DNA of 64,000 nucleotides from Gammaproteobacteria bacterium (GTDB lineage Bacteria; Pseudomonadota; Gammaproteobacteria; UBA4575): NCBI GenBank assembly GCA_965223115.1, contig OZ244982.1, positions 601,128 to 665,127 of the forward strand, read 5' to 3'. Shown piece by piece: positions 42,949 to 52,643 of this stretch (position 1 is its first letter; each line of letters starts with the position of its first letter). The notes under the pieces were generated by a model. It saw only the letters and a program-made list of their open reading frames with translations, ran no database searches and was not told where the DNA came from. The position numbers and the translations under genes were made by a program.

Positions 42949-43161
42949 TAATATAACTATCTAATTTGATAATTCAATGTTCTTTGCAGACTAATTTATT
43001 TTTTTGGATTATCATTCTAGATTGAAACTAATGAAACGCTCTCATGACTATTGCTAAGTTTATAATCCATTTAATATTTTAAAATATAGAATATGTATTA
43101 TTTTAATCAGAGTTATTATATAGGAAGATTTGCTTTAACGATTTAATTAAGGAAGAAAAAT

Positions 43162-43824
43162 ATGAAAAAAATTAAAGCCTATGTATTTAATGCTTATGGC
43201 TTAATTCTTGATCCGTATTTACCATTCTTAGAATATAGTGAACAGCTTGGTGAAAACATTCAAGAAATCTATAAATTATGGTTGACTAAACGCTTACAAT
43301 ACTCATCACTGCTAAGCTTAATGAATCAGTATGTAAACTATGAAACAATTCGAAAAGACACGCTTGATTTTGCTTGCGATGTATATAATGTTGACGATGA
43401 GAAAATCAAGACTAAGCTACTAGAACATTCAAAACTAGACTGTTATCCAGATGTAAAGGATGTTCTTGCCTTACTGAAGAAAAAAGGACTAATAACAGCA
43501 GTGCTCTCTAATGGGCCACCTCAGATTCTCAGCTCTACTCTAAAACAAGTTGGAGTTGATCATTTAATAGATGGTGTTTATTCCACAGAATTAATTCGTT
43601 CATATAAACCTTCTCCATCTGTATATGAATTTATGGGAGAACAGCTTGCATTACCTCGAAATAAGATTTGTTTTATATCTTCTAATTCTTGGGATATAGC
43701 TGGTGCATCAGCATGTGGGTTTTACTCTATATGGGTGAATCGTTATGATCATATTTCGGAACGACTCTCATATAAACCTAACCTTGTGATTAAGTCATTA
43801 TCAGAACTTAGCTCTCAGATGTGA
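43162..43824 (+). CDS. HAD-superfamily hydrolase, haloacid-dehalogenase type II-like
   Basis: Motif I region VFNAYGLILD (Asn at the usual Asp nucleophile position), motif SNG, C-terminal SSNSWD. Confidence 0.6.
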   Translation: MKKIKAYVFNAYGLILDPYLPFLEYSEQLGENIQEIYKLWLTKRLQYSSLLSLMNQYVNYETIRKDTLDFACDVYNVDDEKIKTKLLEHSKLDCYPDVKDVLALLKKKGLITAVLSNGPPQILSSTLKQVGVDHLIDGVYSTELIRSYKPSPSVYEFMGEQLALPRNKICFISSNSWDIAGASACGFYSIWVNRYDHISERLSYKPNLVIKSLSELSSQM

Positions 43825-43989
43825 GCATATTTATAGTACAACATGTATGCTTATTTTAAACATAAACTAATATTCTCATTTTAAAATCTTATTGATCAAA
43901 AAAATTACTCAACAAAAATAGTTTTTTCATATAAACTCTAGGTAATACTAAAAACAAGTATTCACTAAATATAAAATCAGGTTGGACAA

Positions 43990-46191
43990 ATGCCTCACCA
44001 GGCAGAAACAAACACAGATATAGATACTGGCCTTGCATGCTTAGTGTTGCTGGCTAAATATTTTGGTCTGCCAGCAGATGCTGATCAATTAAAGCGTCAA
44101 TATGGTGAAGGTGGCAAGCATTTTGATCAAGAAAACATTCTACGCACTTCTAAAAAGTTAGGGTTTAAAGCCAAGTCTATTCGCACAGATTGGTCAAGGC
44201 TTGCAAAATTAACACTACCGGCAATAGCAGTTTATGAGAACGGACAGTTTTTTGTTTTGGCTAAAGTGACAGAAGATAAAGTTCTTATCCAAGATCCACT
44301 TGAAAAAAGGCCATTAAGTTTACCAAGAGAGGTATTTGAAAACGCATGGAGCGGTAAATTGTTGTTACTTACACATCGAGCGCATTTAATCGGTGAACAA
44401 AGAAAGTTTGATTTTACTTGGTTTATTCCAGCTATCATTAAATACCGTAAACTACTTAGTGAAGTACTTCTGGCTTCTTTTTTTCTGCAGGTTTTTGCAT
44501 TAATTACACCACTTTTCTTTCAAGTCGTCATTGATAAAGTACTTGTACACAGAGGCCTAACCACCTTGGATGTGCTTGCCATCGGTTTGTTAGTGGTGTC
44601 TTTGTTTGAAGTAGTACTAGGGGCATTACGCACTTATTTATTCTCACATACAACCAATCGCATAGATATTGAACTGGGCGCAGGCCTGTTTCGTCACCTT
44701 GCCTCATTGCCTTTAAGTTATTTTGAAAACAGACGAGTAGGTGACAGTGTTGCACGTGTACGAGAGTTGGAAAACATTCGTAATTTTCTAACCGGTTCAA
44801 CGGTTACGGTTGTAATTGATTTCTTTTTCACATTTGTATTTTTAGGGGTTATGTACTACTACAGTCCATTATTGACTTATATCGTGCTGGCAACGATTCC
44901 GTTCTACATTCTACTTTCAGCCTACATTACACCAATACTAAGAAAGCGCTTACACGATAAATTCAATCGTGGTGCTGAAAACCAAGCCTTCTTAGTGGAA
45001 TCGATCACAGGTGTGGAAACCATTAAAGCCCTGGCTGTAGAACCGCAAATGCAACGCAAGTGGGAAAGCCAATTAGCCGAATATGTAAAGTCATCTTTTA
45101 AAGCGACCAATCTAGGTAACATTGCAGGTCAAGTAGCCCAGTTTATAAACAAGGTCATGATTGTGCTGATTTTATGGTTTGGTGCACGTTTAGTAATCAC
45201 GGGGCAACTTTCAGTGGGTCAACTGGTTGCATTTAATATGTTGGCAGGAAGATTAAGTGGGCCCATTTTAAGAATCGTACAGCTTTGGCAAGATTTTCAG
45301 CAAGCCGGTATCTCTGTGCAACGCTTGGCTGATATTCTTAATACAAAACCTGAACCTCAATACAACCCCAATCGTTCCTCATTGCCTGATTTACAAGGCA
45401 AAGTAAATTTCGATCATGTAAGTTTTCGCTATCAACCCGATGCTTCATTGGTACTTCAAGATATTAATTTGGAAATTAATTCAGGCGAAGTGGTTGGCAT
45501 TGTCGGTCGTTCTGGGTCCGGTAAAAGCACGTTAACCAAACTAATACAACGTATGTATGTGCCTGAAGCAGGGCGTGTGCTGGTAGATGGTGTCGATCTC
45601 GCGTTAGTGGAACCGATGTGGTTAAGGAGGAATATTGGTGTTGTGTTGCAAGAAAACTATTTGTTTAATCGAAGTGTGCGTGACAATATTGCCTTGGCCG
45701 ATCCAGGTATCGATATGCAGCATGTAATAAAAGTTTCACAAGCTGCCGGCGCACATGATTTTATTCTAGAGCTGCCAGAAGGATACGACACGTTAGTTGG
45801 TGAACATGGCAGTAATTTATCTGGAGGGCAACGGCAGCGCATCGCGATCGCCAGAGCGCTTATTACCAATCCGCGAATTTTAATTTTTGATGAAGCTACG
45901 AGCGCATTGGATTATGAATCTGAACGCATTATTCAACAAAACATGCAAATCATCTGTAAAGACCGAACCGTGTTCATCATTGCGCACCGCATTAGCACGG
46001 TTAGAAATGTAGATCGAATCATTGTGCTGGATAAGGGCAAAATTGAAGAAATAGGTTCGCATGTAGAATTGCTGGTAAAAAATGGTTTATATGCTTACTT
46101 ACATGGATTACAGAATGAACAAAAAGAAAATCCTAAACCAGCAGAAAATATTTCTTACTCCTGGCAAATGAATACGCCAACAGAAACATAA
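43990..46191 (+). CDS. type I secretion system ABC transporter, HlyB family, with an N-terminal degenerate C39-like domain
   Basis: Long stretches near-identical to E. coli HlyB (KFDFTWFIPAIIKYRK, LITPLFFQVV.DKVLVHRG, Walker A GRSGSGKST, LSGGQRQRIAIARAL). The N-terminal DTGLACL has Thr at the C39 catalytic Cys position. Confidence 0.9.
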   Translation: MPHQAETNTDIDTGLACLVLLAKYFGLPADADQLKRQYGEGGKHFDQENILRTSKKLGFKAKSIRTDWSRLAKLTLPAIAVYENGQFFVLAKVTEDKVLIQDPLEKRPLSLPREVFENAWSGKLLLLTHRAHLIGEQRKFDFTWFIPAIIKYRKLLSEVLLASFFLQVFALITPLFFQVVIDKVLVHRGLTTLDVLAIGLLVVSLFEVVLGALRTYLFSHTTNRIDIELGAGLFRHLASLPLSYFENRRVGDSVARVRELENIRNFLTGSTVTVVIDFFFTFVFLGVMYYYSPLLTYIVLATIPFYILLSAYITPILRKRLHDKFNRGAENQAFLVESITGVETIKALAVEPQMQRKWESQLAEYVKSSFKATNLGNIAGQVAQFINKVMIVLILWFGARLVITGQLSVGQLVAFNMLAGRLSGPILRIVQLWQDFQQAGISVQRLADILNTKPEPQYNPNRSSLPDLQGKVNFDHVSFRYQPDASLVLQDINLEINSGEVVGIVGRSGSGKSTLTKLIQRMYVPEAGRVLVDGVDLALVEPMWLRRNIGVVLQENYLFNRSVRDNIALADPGIDMQHVIKVSQAAGAHDFILELPEGYDTLVGEHGSNLSGGQRQRIAIARALITNPRILIFDEATSALDYESERIIQQNMQIICKDRTVFIIAHRISTVRNVDRIIVLDKGKIEEIGSHVELLVKNGLYAYLHGLQNEQKENPKPAENISYSWQMNTPTET

Positions 46192-46210
46192 ATAAAAAAT
46201 AATAATCTTT

Positions 46211-47617
46211 ATGAGCACCTTATATCGACATTTACAAGTACTAGCGGCAAGTTGGAAACATCGAAAGTCTTTAAACCACGAAGAACGTAAGCTGCATGAA
46301 ATTGAATTTTTACCTGCAGCATTAGAAGTGCAACAAACTCCGCCTTCGCCGGTTGGCAGAGCTATTTCCTATATTGTTATTTTATTTTTTGTAATTGCAG
46401 TGGCATGGGCCTGCATTGGTAAAGTCGATATTGTTGCTGTTGCACAAGGCAAGATTATCCCAACCGGGAAAAGCAAAATTATTCAACCGATTGAATTAGG
46501 AAAGGTCATTGCGATTCACGTGCATGAAGGACAGATCGTTAAAAAAGGGGATCTGCTTATAGAGTTAGATTCCACTTCAATGAAAGCCGATGTCGAGCGA
46601 TTGGAAGCAGAGTTGCAAATGGCTGTGGCTAGTCGTGAACGCACGATTGCATGGTTTAAAACGTTACATGCTAATTCACATTCGCCTGACGAACACTATC
46701 ACGTGTCAAAAAGCATAAAACCATCCATTGCCCAGACACAACGTGATATGTTGAATAGCCAATTTGATGAATACATTTCGCGTAAACAAGCGCTAAACAA
46801 TGAAGTAAAACGTAAACAAGCTGAAAATGCGGTTATTCGAGAAAATATAAAAAAATTAGAAGAAGTAATTCCTCTTATCACAGAACGTGTTACTTCTTAT
46901 CAAAAGCTATCAGAAGCAAACTTAGTAGCACGCAATGACCTTAGTGAATTAGAACAAGAACGAATAGAGCACGTACAAGATTTGGCTGCGTTCAAAAGCC
47001 AATTGCAAGAATCTCAACAGGCCATCCAGCAAGCTAAAGCCCAATTAGATGCACTGAAAGCAGAGTTTAAAAAAAACATCTATCAAGAAAAGGCCCAGCT
47101 TGAAACCCAAGTTGCCTCACTTGAAAAAGAACTCATTAAGGCCACAATGCGTAAAAACTTACAGCGCATCACTACACCTGTAGATGGCGTTGTGCAACAA
47201 CTTGCTATCCATACTGTGGGTGGCGTAGTGACACCTGCACAAGAACTTATGGTAATTGTACCAGATCAACAACAACTTGAAGCCGAAGTGTTTATAGAAA
47301 ACAAAGACATAGGCTTTGTTGAAGAACACCACCAAGCTGAAGTAAAAGTGGATGCTTTCCCATTTACAAAATACGGTACGATTGATGGGAAAATATTAAA
47401 CATTTCAAACGACGCGATAGAAAATGAACGGCTAGGGTGGGTGTTTTTATCTCGTGTTGAATTAGAAAAAAATAAAATTAAAGTAGGAGAAAAGCTTGTA
47501 AACATTATGCCTGGTATGTCTGTTACAGTAGAGGTGAAAACAGGCAAACGCAGGCTAATAGAATTTTTTCTAAGTCCGCTGTTGCGCTATAAACAAGAAA
47601 GCGCAAAAGAAAGATAA
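46211..47617 (+). CDS. type I secretion membrane fusion protein, HlyD family
   Basis: Single N-terminal TM, long coiled coils, C-terminal ...GMSVTVEVKTGKRRLIEFFLSPL as in HlyD. Confidence 0.88.
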   Translation: MSTLYRHLQVLAASWKHRKSLNHEERKLHEIEFLPAALEVQQTPPSPVGRAISYIVILFFVIAVAWACIGKVDIVAVAQGKIIPTGKSKIIQPIELGKVIAIHVHEGQIVKKGDLLIELDSTSMKADVERLEAELQMAVASRERTIAWFKTLHANSHSPDEHYHVSKSIKPSIAQTQRDMLNSQFDEYISRKQALNNEVKRKQAENAVIRENIKKLEEVIPLITERVTSYQKLSEANLVARNDLSELEQERIEHVQDLAAFKSQLQESQQAIQQAKAQLDALKAEFKKNIYQEKAQLETQVASLEKELIKATMRKNLQRITTPVDGVVQQLAIHTVGGVVTPAQELMVIVPDQQQLEAEVFIENKDIGFVEEHHQAEVKVDAFPFTKYGTIDGKILNISNDAIENERLGWVFLSRVELEKNKIKVGEKLVNIMPGMSVTVEVKTGKRRLIEFFLSPLLRYKQESAKER

Positions 47618-47694
47618 CTTAACTCATTGTAAATATATTACTATCTTCAAACCTGAAGTATTAAATATACAACTAAATATTAATACAGTGTAGT

Positions 47695-48951
47695 TTATAA
47701 ATCTTCTAATGCGAAAGGATTTAAAAATTGGCGCTTCCAAAAATATCTTTTTTCAACTTCAGTTAGCTCCACTTCATCGCAAATCTCGTTCCAGTTAGAT
47801 TCTATTATTTGCTTTTGATTTTCAAAAATTTCATATGCATCGGCATTTGAAAGCAAAAAATAATTTGCAACATTTAAACAATGCTTTATTTGGCTCAAAT
47901 TAATATCACCAACGATATTCATAGCTTGTGAGGCAATATTCCCAGTGCGACTTTGTGGACAAATATCGTAAGCAGGGGTGAGAACAAGATTTACACCATC
48001 CCAAAAAGCTGCATGGTTACGCGCGTGATCATCCGTATTACCGCATAAAATATTGAATACCATTCGAGAGAATAATTCTTTTAAAGTTTTTTTTGGTTCA
48101 ACAAATCGGGTTCTAATTAGTTCAGCAAGTTGAGTATAGCTTGCATATCGCGCCATTATTTCATCCAGTCCCAATAATGTAAGCGAAGAAAGAACAATTT
48201 TTCGCTGCCATCCGGATGTTTTTTTCTCTCGGTCAAAGCGCTTAATCAGCAATATATCTTTCTTTGCTGCTTTAACTGATTTCACCTGCGCAACGTTCAA
48301 ACCTATTCGCTTTGCAAGACGCATCGCAAGATACTCTGTCTTCACAGTATTATAAAGGTCAGAAGATAATGGAAATTTTGCCACGTACTTTACATTCTCT
48401 TCCTCAATCATCGCTTTTGGTCTAGCACCACCGATAGAACTACCATGAAACAAAGCCTGATCAATCTCTGCATCAAGTGGAATTCCTTGTTCAACTTTAT
48501 CCGCAGATTCAAGTAATTGTTCAAGTGTTACATCATTGCTAGTTCTTGGAACATATTCAGAAGAAGAATGTTGAAAATCCAGTGCGCCTATACGGTCAGA
48601 ACCTGATTCAAGTAAATAAGTAATTTCATCTAAATTTGCAGTATCAATTTGATTATCTACATGACCGAGCATTTTATTAATAATGACGCGGCGCCCCCAA
48701 GCATCAGGAGCAGCGTCACGAATACAACCTGGAATAGTTAATCCTGGTAACAAAGGAAGTAAGCCATTTCGCAAGGGCAGTTCTGTATCATATATGGGTA
48801 TTGCAGGGGCTTTATTTTGAGTGCGTGCTAAGTAACTTTTGCCGTAATTAAATAGATACTGATCTGCTTCTTTTTGTAACTTTCCACAAACAACAGGCTC
48901 AGTTTGATTTGGCAACCAAATCCACACGAAGGCTTCTGATTTAGAAGTCAT
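47695..48951 (-). CDS. hipA: HipA-family serine/threonine kinase toxin
   Basis: HipA N- and C-terminal domains with catalytic motif TDDHARNHA. Its start overlaps the hipB stop by 11 nt. Confidence 0.75.
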   Translation of the reverse strand: MTSKSEAFVWIWLPNQTEPVVCGKLQKEADQYLFNYGKSYLARTQNKAPAIPIYDTELPLRNGLLPLLPGLTIPGCIRDAAPDAWGRRVIINKMLGHVDNQIDTANLDEITYLLESGSDRIGALDFQHSSSEYVPRTSNDVTLEQLLESADKVEQGIPLDAEIDQALFHGSSIGGARPKAMIEEENVKYVAKFPLSSDLYNTVKTEYLAMRLAKRIGLNVAQVKSVKAAKKDILLIKRFDREKKTSGWQRKIVLSSLTLLGLDEIMARYASYTQLAELIRTRFVEPKKTLKELFSRMVFNILCGNTDDHARNHAAFWDGVNLVLTPAYDICPQSRTGNIASQAMNIVGDINLSQIKHCLNVANYFLLSNADAYEIFENQKQIIESNWNEICDEVELTEVEKRYFWKRQFLNPFALEDL

Positions 48952-49279
48952 CGTCTATTGGCTTTTCGCTTTTACGTACTCGCATGGGTAGAAGCGATAA
49001 TTTTTCTTTTGTTAGACGTAATTCTTTGCTTATATTCTCTTCGTCAGCATCAAACAGTTTTACTCCTGCTAAGGTAGCTACTTCAAATACAGCGCCTACA
49101 GAGCACTTAGGGTCGCCTTTTTCTATACGCCACAAAAGATCTCTTGAAATACCCGCCCGCTCTGCTAATTCTTTCGCCGTAATCTTATGCTCTTTTCGTG
49201 CGGTACGAATAAGTGCGGACATAAGTGCTAGCGACTTCTTTGTATAAGCTGAATAAGTGTAGGATGCTTTCTTCACCAT
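48941..49279 (-). CDS. hipB: HipB-like XRE-family HTH antitoxin
   Basis: HTH region ITAKELAERAGISRDLLWRIEKG. The ORF track extends to 49336, but those extra 19 codons are low-complexity and contain TATATAAG operator-like repeats. Confidence 0.65.
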   Translation of the reverse strand: MVKKASYTYSAYTKKSLALMSALIRTARKEHKITAKELAERAGISRDLLWRIEKGDPKCSVGAVFEVATLAGVKLFDADEENISKELRLTKEKLSLLPMRVRKSEKPIDDDF

Positions 49280-49283
49280 ATTT

Positions 49284-49332
49284 AAATGTATTATATATAA
49301 GTGTTTATATAAGTTAATGTAATATATATAAG
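49284..49332 (-). promoter_or_regulatory. putative hipBA promoter/operator with three TATATAAG repeats
   Basis: tatatataagtgtttatataag...atatatataag lies directly upstream of the proposed hipB start. Confidence 0.35.
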
Positions 49333-49788
49333 ACATTATAGCATTAAGGTAAGAAATATCAAAATATTTTGTTAATTAACCCAATAAAAATAAGGAAAAT
49401 CGCAAGGAATTAGGCTTAGAAAGAGGTGCTATACAATAACTTTAGATATTATCTTGGCTTGTTTAATCGACTTATCATTGTTTCTCTATTCACTTCAGCT
49501 CATCACATTTGTAGTTCTGGTGAAGTGATTGAGCTGCACTACATTTATTGACTCAGCCAGACTATAAAGTGAACATCACAAAGAAAGTAAAAGAATCAAT
49601 ATTAAGACGTTATGCAAAATGTCATTAGAATTCATCAAAACAGGTTGTCTTAATGAAATAAAGAAATGCATGTAATTTCAAATAAAGTTAGATTAGAATT
49701 TTAGCTCAACAAAGACATGCAATAGGTTGGTGCATAACTCAAGCAAATTGCATACCTGTATTCACTAGCACAAAGGGGACTCGTAAAA

Positions 49789-50088
49789 GTGACAGTACAA
49801 GCCAATCAAGCCATTTCAGATGAAGTGCTCACGCCACAACTAAAATCAACACCAATTACAAATGGTAAAGCTAAGCCATCAGAAACCCAGCAACAAAAAG
49901 GCATAACCTTAAGCCCAGAGCAACTCCAAGTACTGGTGCTGCAGCAACTTAATCACGTCAATACCAAGAAAGATGAATTAACGATTGCGATTAAAAACCT
50001 AAGTGATCTTGCAACGCAACTAGGACAGATTTGTGCACAACAAAACAAAGTGATGCAAGACATGAAAAAGAGTGCAGAGAAGAAATAA
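49789..50088 (+). CDS. cassette A gene 1: small Gln-rich coiled-coil protein of unknown function
   Basis: 99 aa. The first 57 codons and ~80 nt upstream are identical to cassette B at 52339. A paralog is also present at 55950. Confidence 0.6.
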   Translation: MTVQANQAISDEVLTPQLKSTPITNGKAKPSETQQQKGITLSPEQLQVLVLQQLNHVNTKKDELTIAIKNLSDLATQLGQICAQQNKVMQDMKKSAEKK

Positions 50089-50114
50089 TTAAACATAAGA
50101 GTTAGTAATTAATA

Positions 50115-50684
50115 ATGGGATTTTTTATAATACTAGGATTTCTGCTCTACATAACAATAGCAATAATCATAGCTATATTTGTTCCAGGTTGGAAATATAA
50201 AGCCTTGGTGTTACTTATTTTTGTTTTAATTCCTACGTGGGATATACCGTTAGGGCTTTGGGAACTGAACCGTTTATGTAACAAAGAAGGTGGTCAGTTT
50301 ATATATGAAAAAGTTGCATTGTCAGAAGAGTATTTTCTAAAAGCAGGGGAATACAATGGACAAACAGGAAAGCCGGCCAAGGGAGGAGAGTTAGATTATG
50401 GGCGTCTTGTGGAAGACTATAAATTAGACCTTTCTATACAGGCCTCAGACATCAGTAGTATTTGTTTAATTGATAGGCGTGAAAGTATTATTTCCGCAAT
50501 AGAAACTGGGGAAGTATTAGGTAAGGCAACTGGATTTTTATTGGAAGGCTGCTGGTTTAAAAATTGGGCGGTAAGTAATTTTGCTCCTCCAAGTGTATCT
50601 AAATTCTGTCCAGAAGAATCTGAGCCTGGTAAAAGTGAGCCGTATTTTTTTAACATTGAAAAAAAAATATTTTTAAAAAAATAA
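50115..50684 (+). CDS. cassette A gene 2: 2-TM membrane protein with a Cys-containing periplasmic domain, candidate immunity/accessory protein
   Basis: 189 aa. It shares LIPTWDIP.GLWE.N.LC and GCWFKNWAV.NFA.PSVSK.CP motifs with the 52644 paralog. Confidence 0.6.
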   Translation: MGFFIILGFLLYITIAIIIAIFVPGWKYKALVLLIFVLIPTWDIPLGLWELNRLCNKEGGQFIYEKVALSEEYFLKAGEYNGQTGKPAKGGELDYGRLVEDYKLDLSIQASDISSICLIDRRESIISAIETGEVLGKATGFLLEGCWFKNWAVSNFAPPSVSKFCPEESEPGKSEPYFFNIEKKIFLKK

Positions 50685-50703
50685 ATAATAAGAGGTTGGT
50701 GGT

Positions 50704-51027
50704 ATGAATAGTATTTTTCAAGCGTGGTCAATGCAAGCACAAGTAGCAAGAGCTGCTTATGCTAATATAGTAAGCACTGCTAATGTACAAGCACAAATTG
50801 ATGCATTAAAAAATGCAGGTATGTCTGATCAGCAGGCGAGATTATTTTTAGGCCTAGATTCAAATGGTCAAGTACAACTTGATAAAGGATTTGAAATTCT
50901 CTCAGACACATTTTCAGAAATCCCTGAGCCTGGCAGGATATTTGATAGTGGGTTTTCGGCAACTTTTTTAAGAGACCGTTCTGTAAATGAAATTACACTC
51001 GCGGTTAGGGGGACAGAGTTAGAGTAA
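50704..51027 (+). pseudogene. truncated N-terminal fragment of a class-3 lipase RTX gene (cassette A effector remnant)
   Basis: 107 aa ending ...ITLAVRGTELE, which is the lipase_3 AxRGT motif. It is about 92% identical at DNA level to 53440-53575 and is followed by unrelated sequence plus a ctgccc...gggcag hairpin. Confidence 0.6.
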
Positions 51028-51205
51028 ACTGCCCAAGTTTACCGGGCAGATTAGTGTCGATATATCCTCATATCTTTATCATAGATAATGGTAACGTACT
51101 TAATGCCATATGTAAGAGTAAGACCAAAACCAAAACAGGGCTTATATTCCTATTATTTCGTAAAAATATTCCAAATATTCAAACACTTAACACTTACATT
51201 CAGAA

Positions 51206-51262
51206 TTAGCTATATTAGCTATATTAGCTAACTTGACTATTTTCGCTATATTAGCTATATTT
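51206..51262 (+). promoter_or_regulatory. TTAGCTATA(T) direct repeats upstream of the Phd-like antitoxin gene (putative operator)
   Basis: ttagctatattagctatattagcta...cgctatattagctatat lies immediately before the AGGAG RBS and the ATG at 51282. Confidence 0.45.
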
Positions 51263-51281
51263 TCAATATAGGAGAATAGCG

Positions 51282-51542
51282 ATGAGCAAAAACGTATCCT
51301 CAACAGAATTTCAGAATCAGGCAGGCCGTTATATCGAAGAAGCTGCCAAAGCACCGGTTTTCATAACAAAATATCAAAGACGGGCACGTGTATTACTTGA
51401 TATAGATGAATATGAACGTTTAAAAAGTCTTGATACAAGGCAAGCGTTCTATCCACACGAACTTAACGATGACATCAAAGCAGAGCTAGATAAAGGTTAT
51501 CAAGGAGAATCCACCCCAGACATCGAATACCTAGCAAAGTAA
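51282..51542 (+). CDS. Phd/YefM-family type II antitoxin
   Basis: 86 aa with an N-terminal STEFQNQAGRYIEEA...PVFITKYQRRARVLLDIDEYERL pattern typical of Phd/YefM. Confidence 0.6.
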   Translation: MSKNVSSTEFQNQAGRYIEEAAKAPVFITKYQRRARVLLDIDEYERLKSLDTRQAFYPHELNDDIKAELDKGYQGESTPDIEYLAK

Positions 51543-51546
51543 TTCG

Positions 51547-51990
51547 GTGTCTATAGAACCAAAACCAGGCCTAGTCATCCGGTATGATTTTCTATGGAAA
51601 GAGGAAAGTCTTGCAGGAGTAGAGCAGGGGCGTAAAGACCGCCCTTGTGCAATCATCTTAACGACAAAACCTAAAGACGATGGCAGCATGGATGTTGTGC
51701 TGTGTCCTATAACTCATTCACCTATACAAGACGGTGAAACCGGATTAGAAATTCCGGTAAAACTTGTTAGACATTTAAGACTTGATGGTGAATGTTCATT
51801 TATAAAAACTCACCAGGTTAATACTCTAAACTGGCCACCAAGCCGATTGCCGTATGGCGTATCACTGGCCTTTAAAAATCAATGGAGTTTTGGAATATTA
51901 CCGCAAAGTTTTGCTATTCAAGTATTTGAACAAGTCAAAACAAACTCTAAAAATAAAAGATTGATGAATACACTACGTAAAGATGAATAA
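51547..51990 (+). CDS. putative toxin partner, MazF/PemK-like fold
   Basis: Starts 4 nt after the antitoxin stop. GLVIRYDF...GRKDRPCAIILT...MDVVLCPITHSP mirrors the MazF GDIVWVDF...GHRPAVVLS...CLCVPCTT pattern. At 147 aa it is longer than canonical MazF. Confidence 0.4.
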   Translation: MSIEPKPGLVIRYDFLWKEESLAGVEQGRKDRPCAIILTTKPKDDGSMDVVLCPITHSPIQDGETGLEIPVKLVRHLRLDGECSFIKTHQVNTLNWPPSRLPYGVSLAFKNQWSFGILPQSFAIQVFEQVKTNSKNKRLMNTLRKDE

Positions 51991-52338
51991 TATATTCACT
52001 TACTATGGAAGTGGCTTAAAAGTGCTTCGTTGAAAAGGCAGCGAACAAACGAACAAAAAAGAAAAAGGTCTCAAGGCCCTTTATAGAATTTACAACAACA
52101 CATTAAATTAAAAAATGAAGGGAAGAGAAAGTAGAAAACTATATTCGTCAACCTTTAGACACGATGATTATTATTACAAAATAAATGAAAACAGATTGCC
52201 TTAATGAAATAAAAAAATATTTATAATATCAATAGAAATAGGTTACAATATTAAACAAGCAAAGACATGCAATAGGTTGGTGCATAACTCAAGCAAATTG
52301 CATACCTGTATTCACTAGCACAAAGGGGACTCGTAAAA

Positions 52339-52632
52339 GTGACAGTACAAGCCAATCAAGCCATTTCAGATGAAGTGCTCACGCCACAACTAAAATCAAC
52401 ACCAATTACAAATGGTAAAGCTAAGCCATCAGAAACCCAGCAACAAAAAGGCATAACCTTAAGCCCAGAGCAACTCCAAGTACTGGTGCTGCAGCAACTT
52501 AATCAAGTGAATGCAAAAAAAGATGAGTTGACGATTGCAATAAAGAATTTAAGTGATCTTGCGACGCAACTAGGACAGATTTGTGCGCAGCAAAATAAAG
52601 TTATTCAAGAAATAAAATCAAAGGAAAATTAA
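52339..52632 (+). CDS. cassette B gene 1: small coiled-coil protein (paralog of 49789)
   Basis: 97 aa. The 5' half and the upstream leader are identical to cassette A. Confidence 0.6.
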   Translation: MTVQANQAISDEVLTPQLKSTPITNGKAKPSETQQQKGITLSPEQLQVLVLQQLNQVNAKKDELTIAIKNLSDLATQLGQICAQQNKVIQEIKSKEN

Positions 52633-52643
52633 AACTAAGTTAA

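Noticed and set aside
51028..51050. ctgccc-aagtttac-gggcag hairpin after the lipase fragment, as a terminator
   Set aside because: The stem is only 6 bp with no T-run. It may simply be part of the deletion junction, so it is not called as a terminator.
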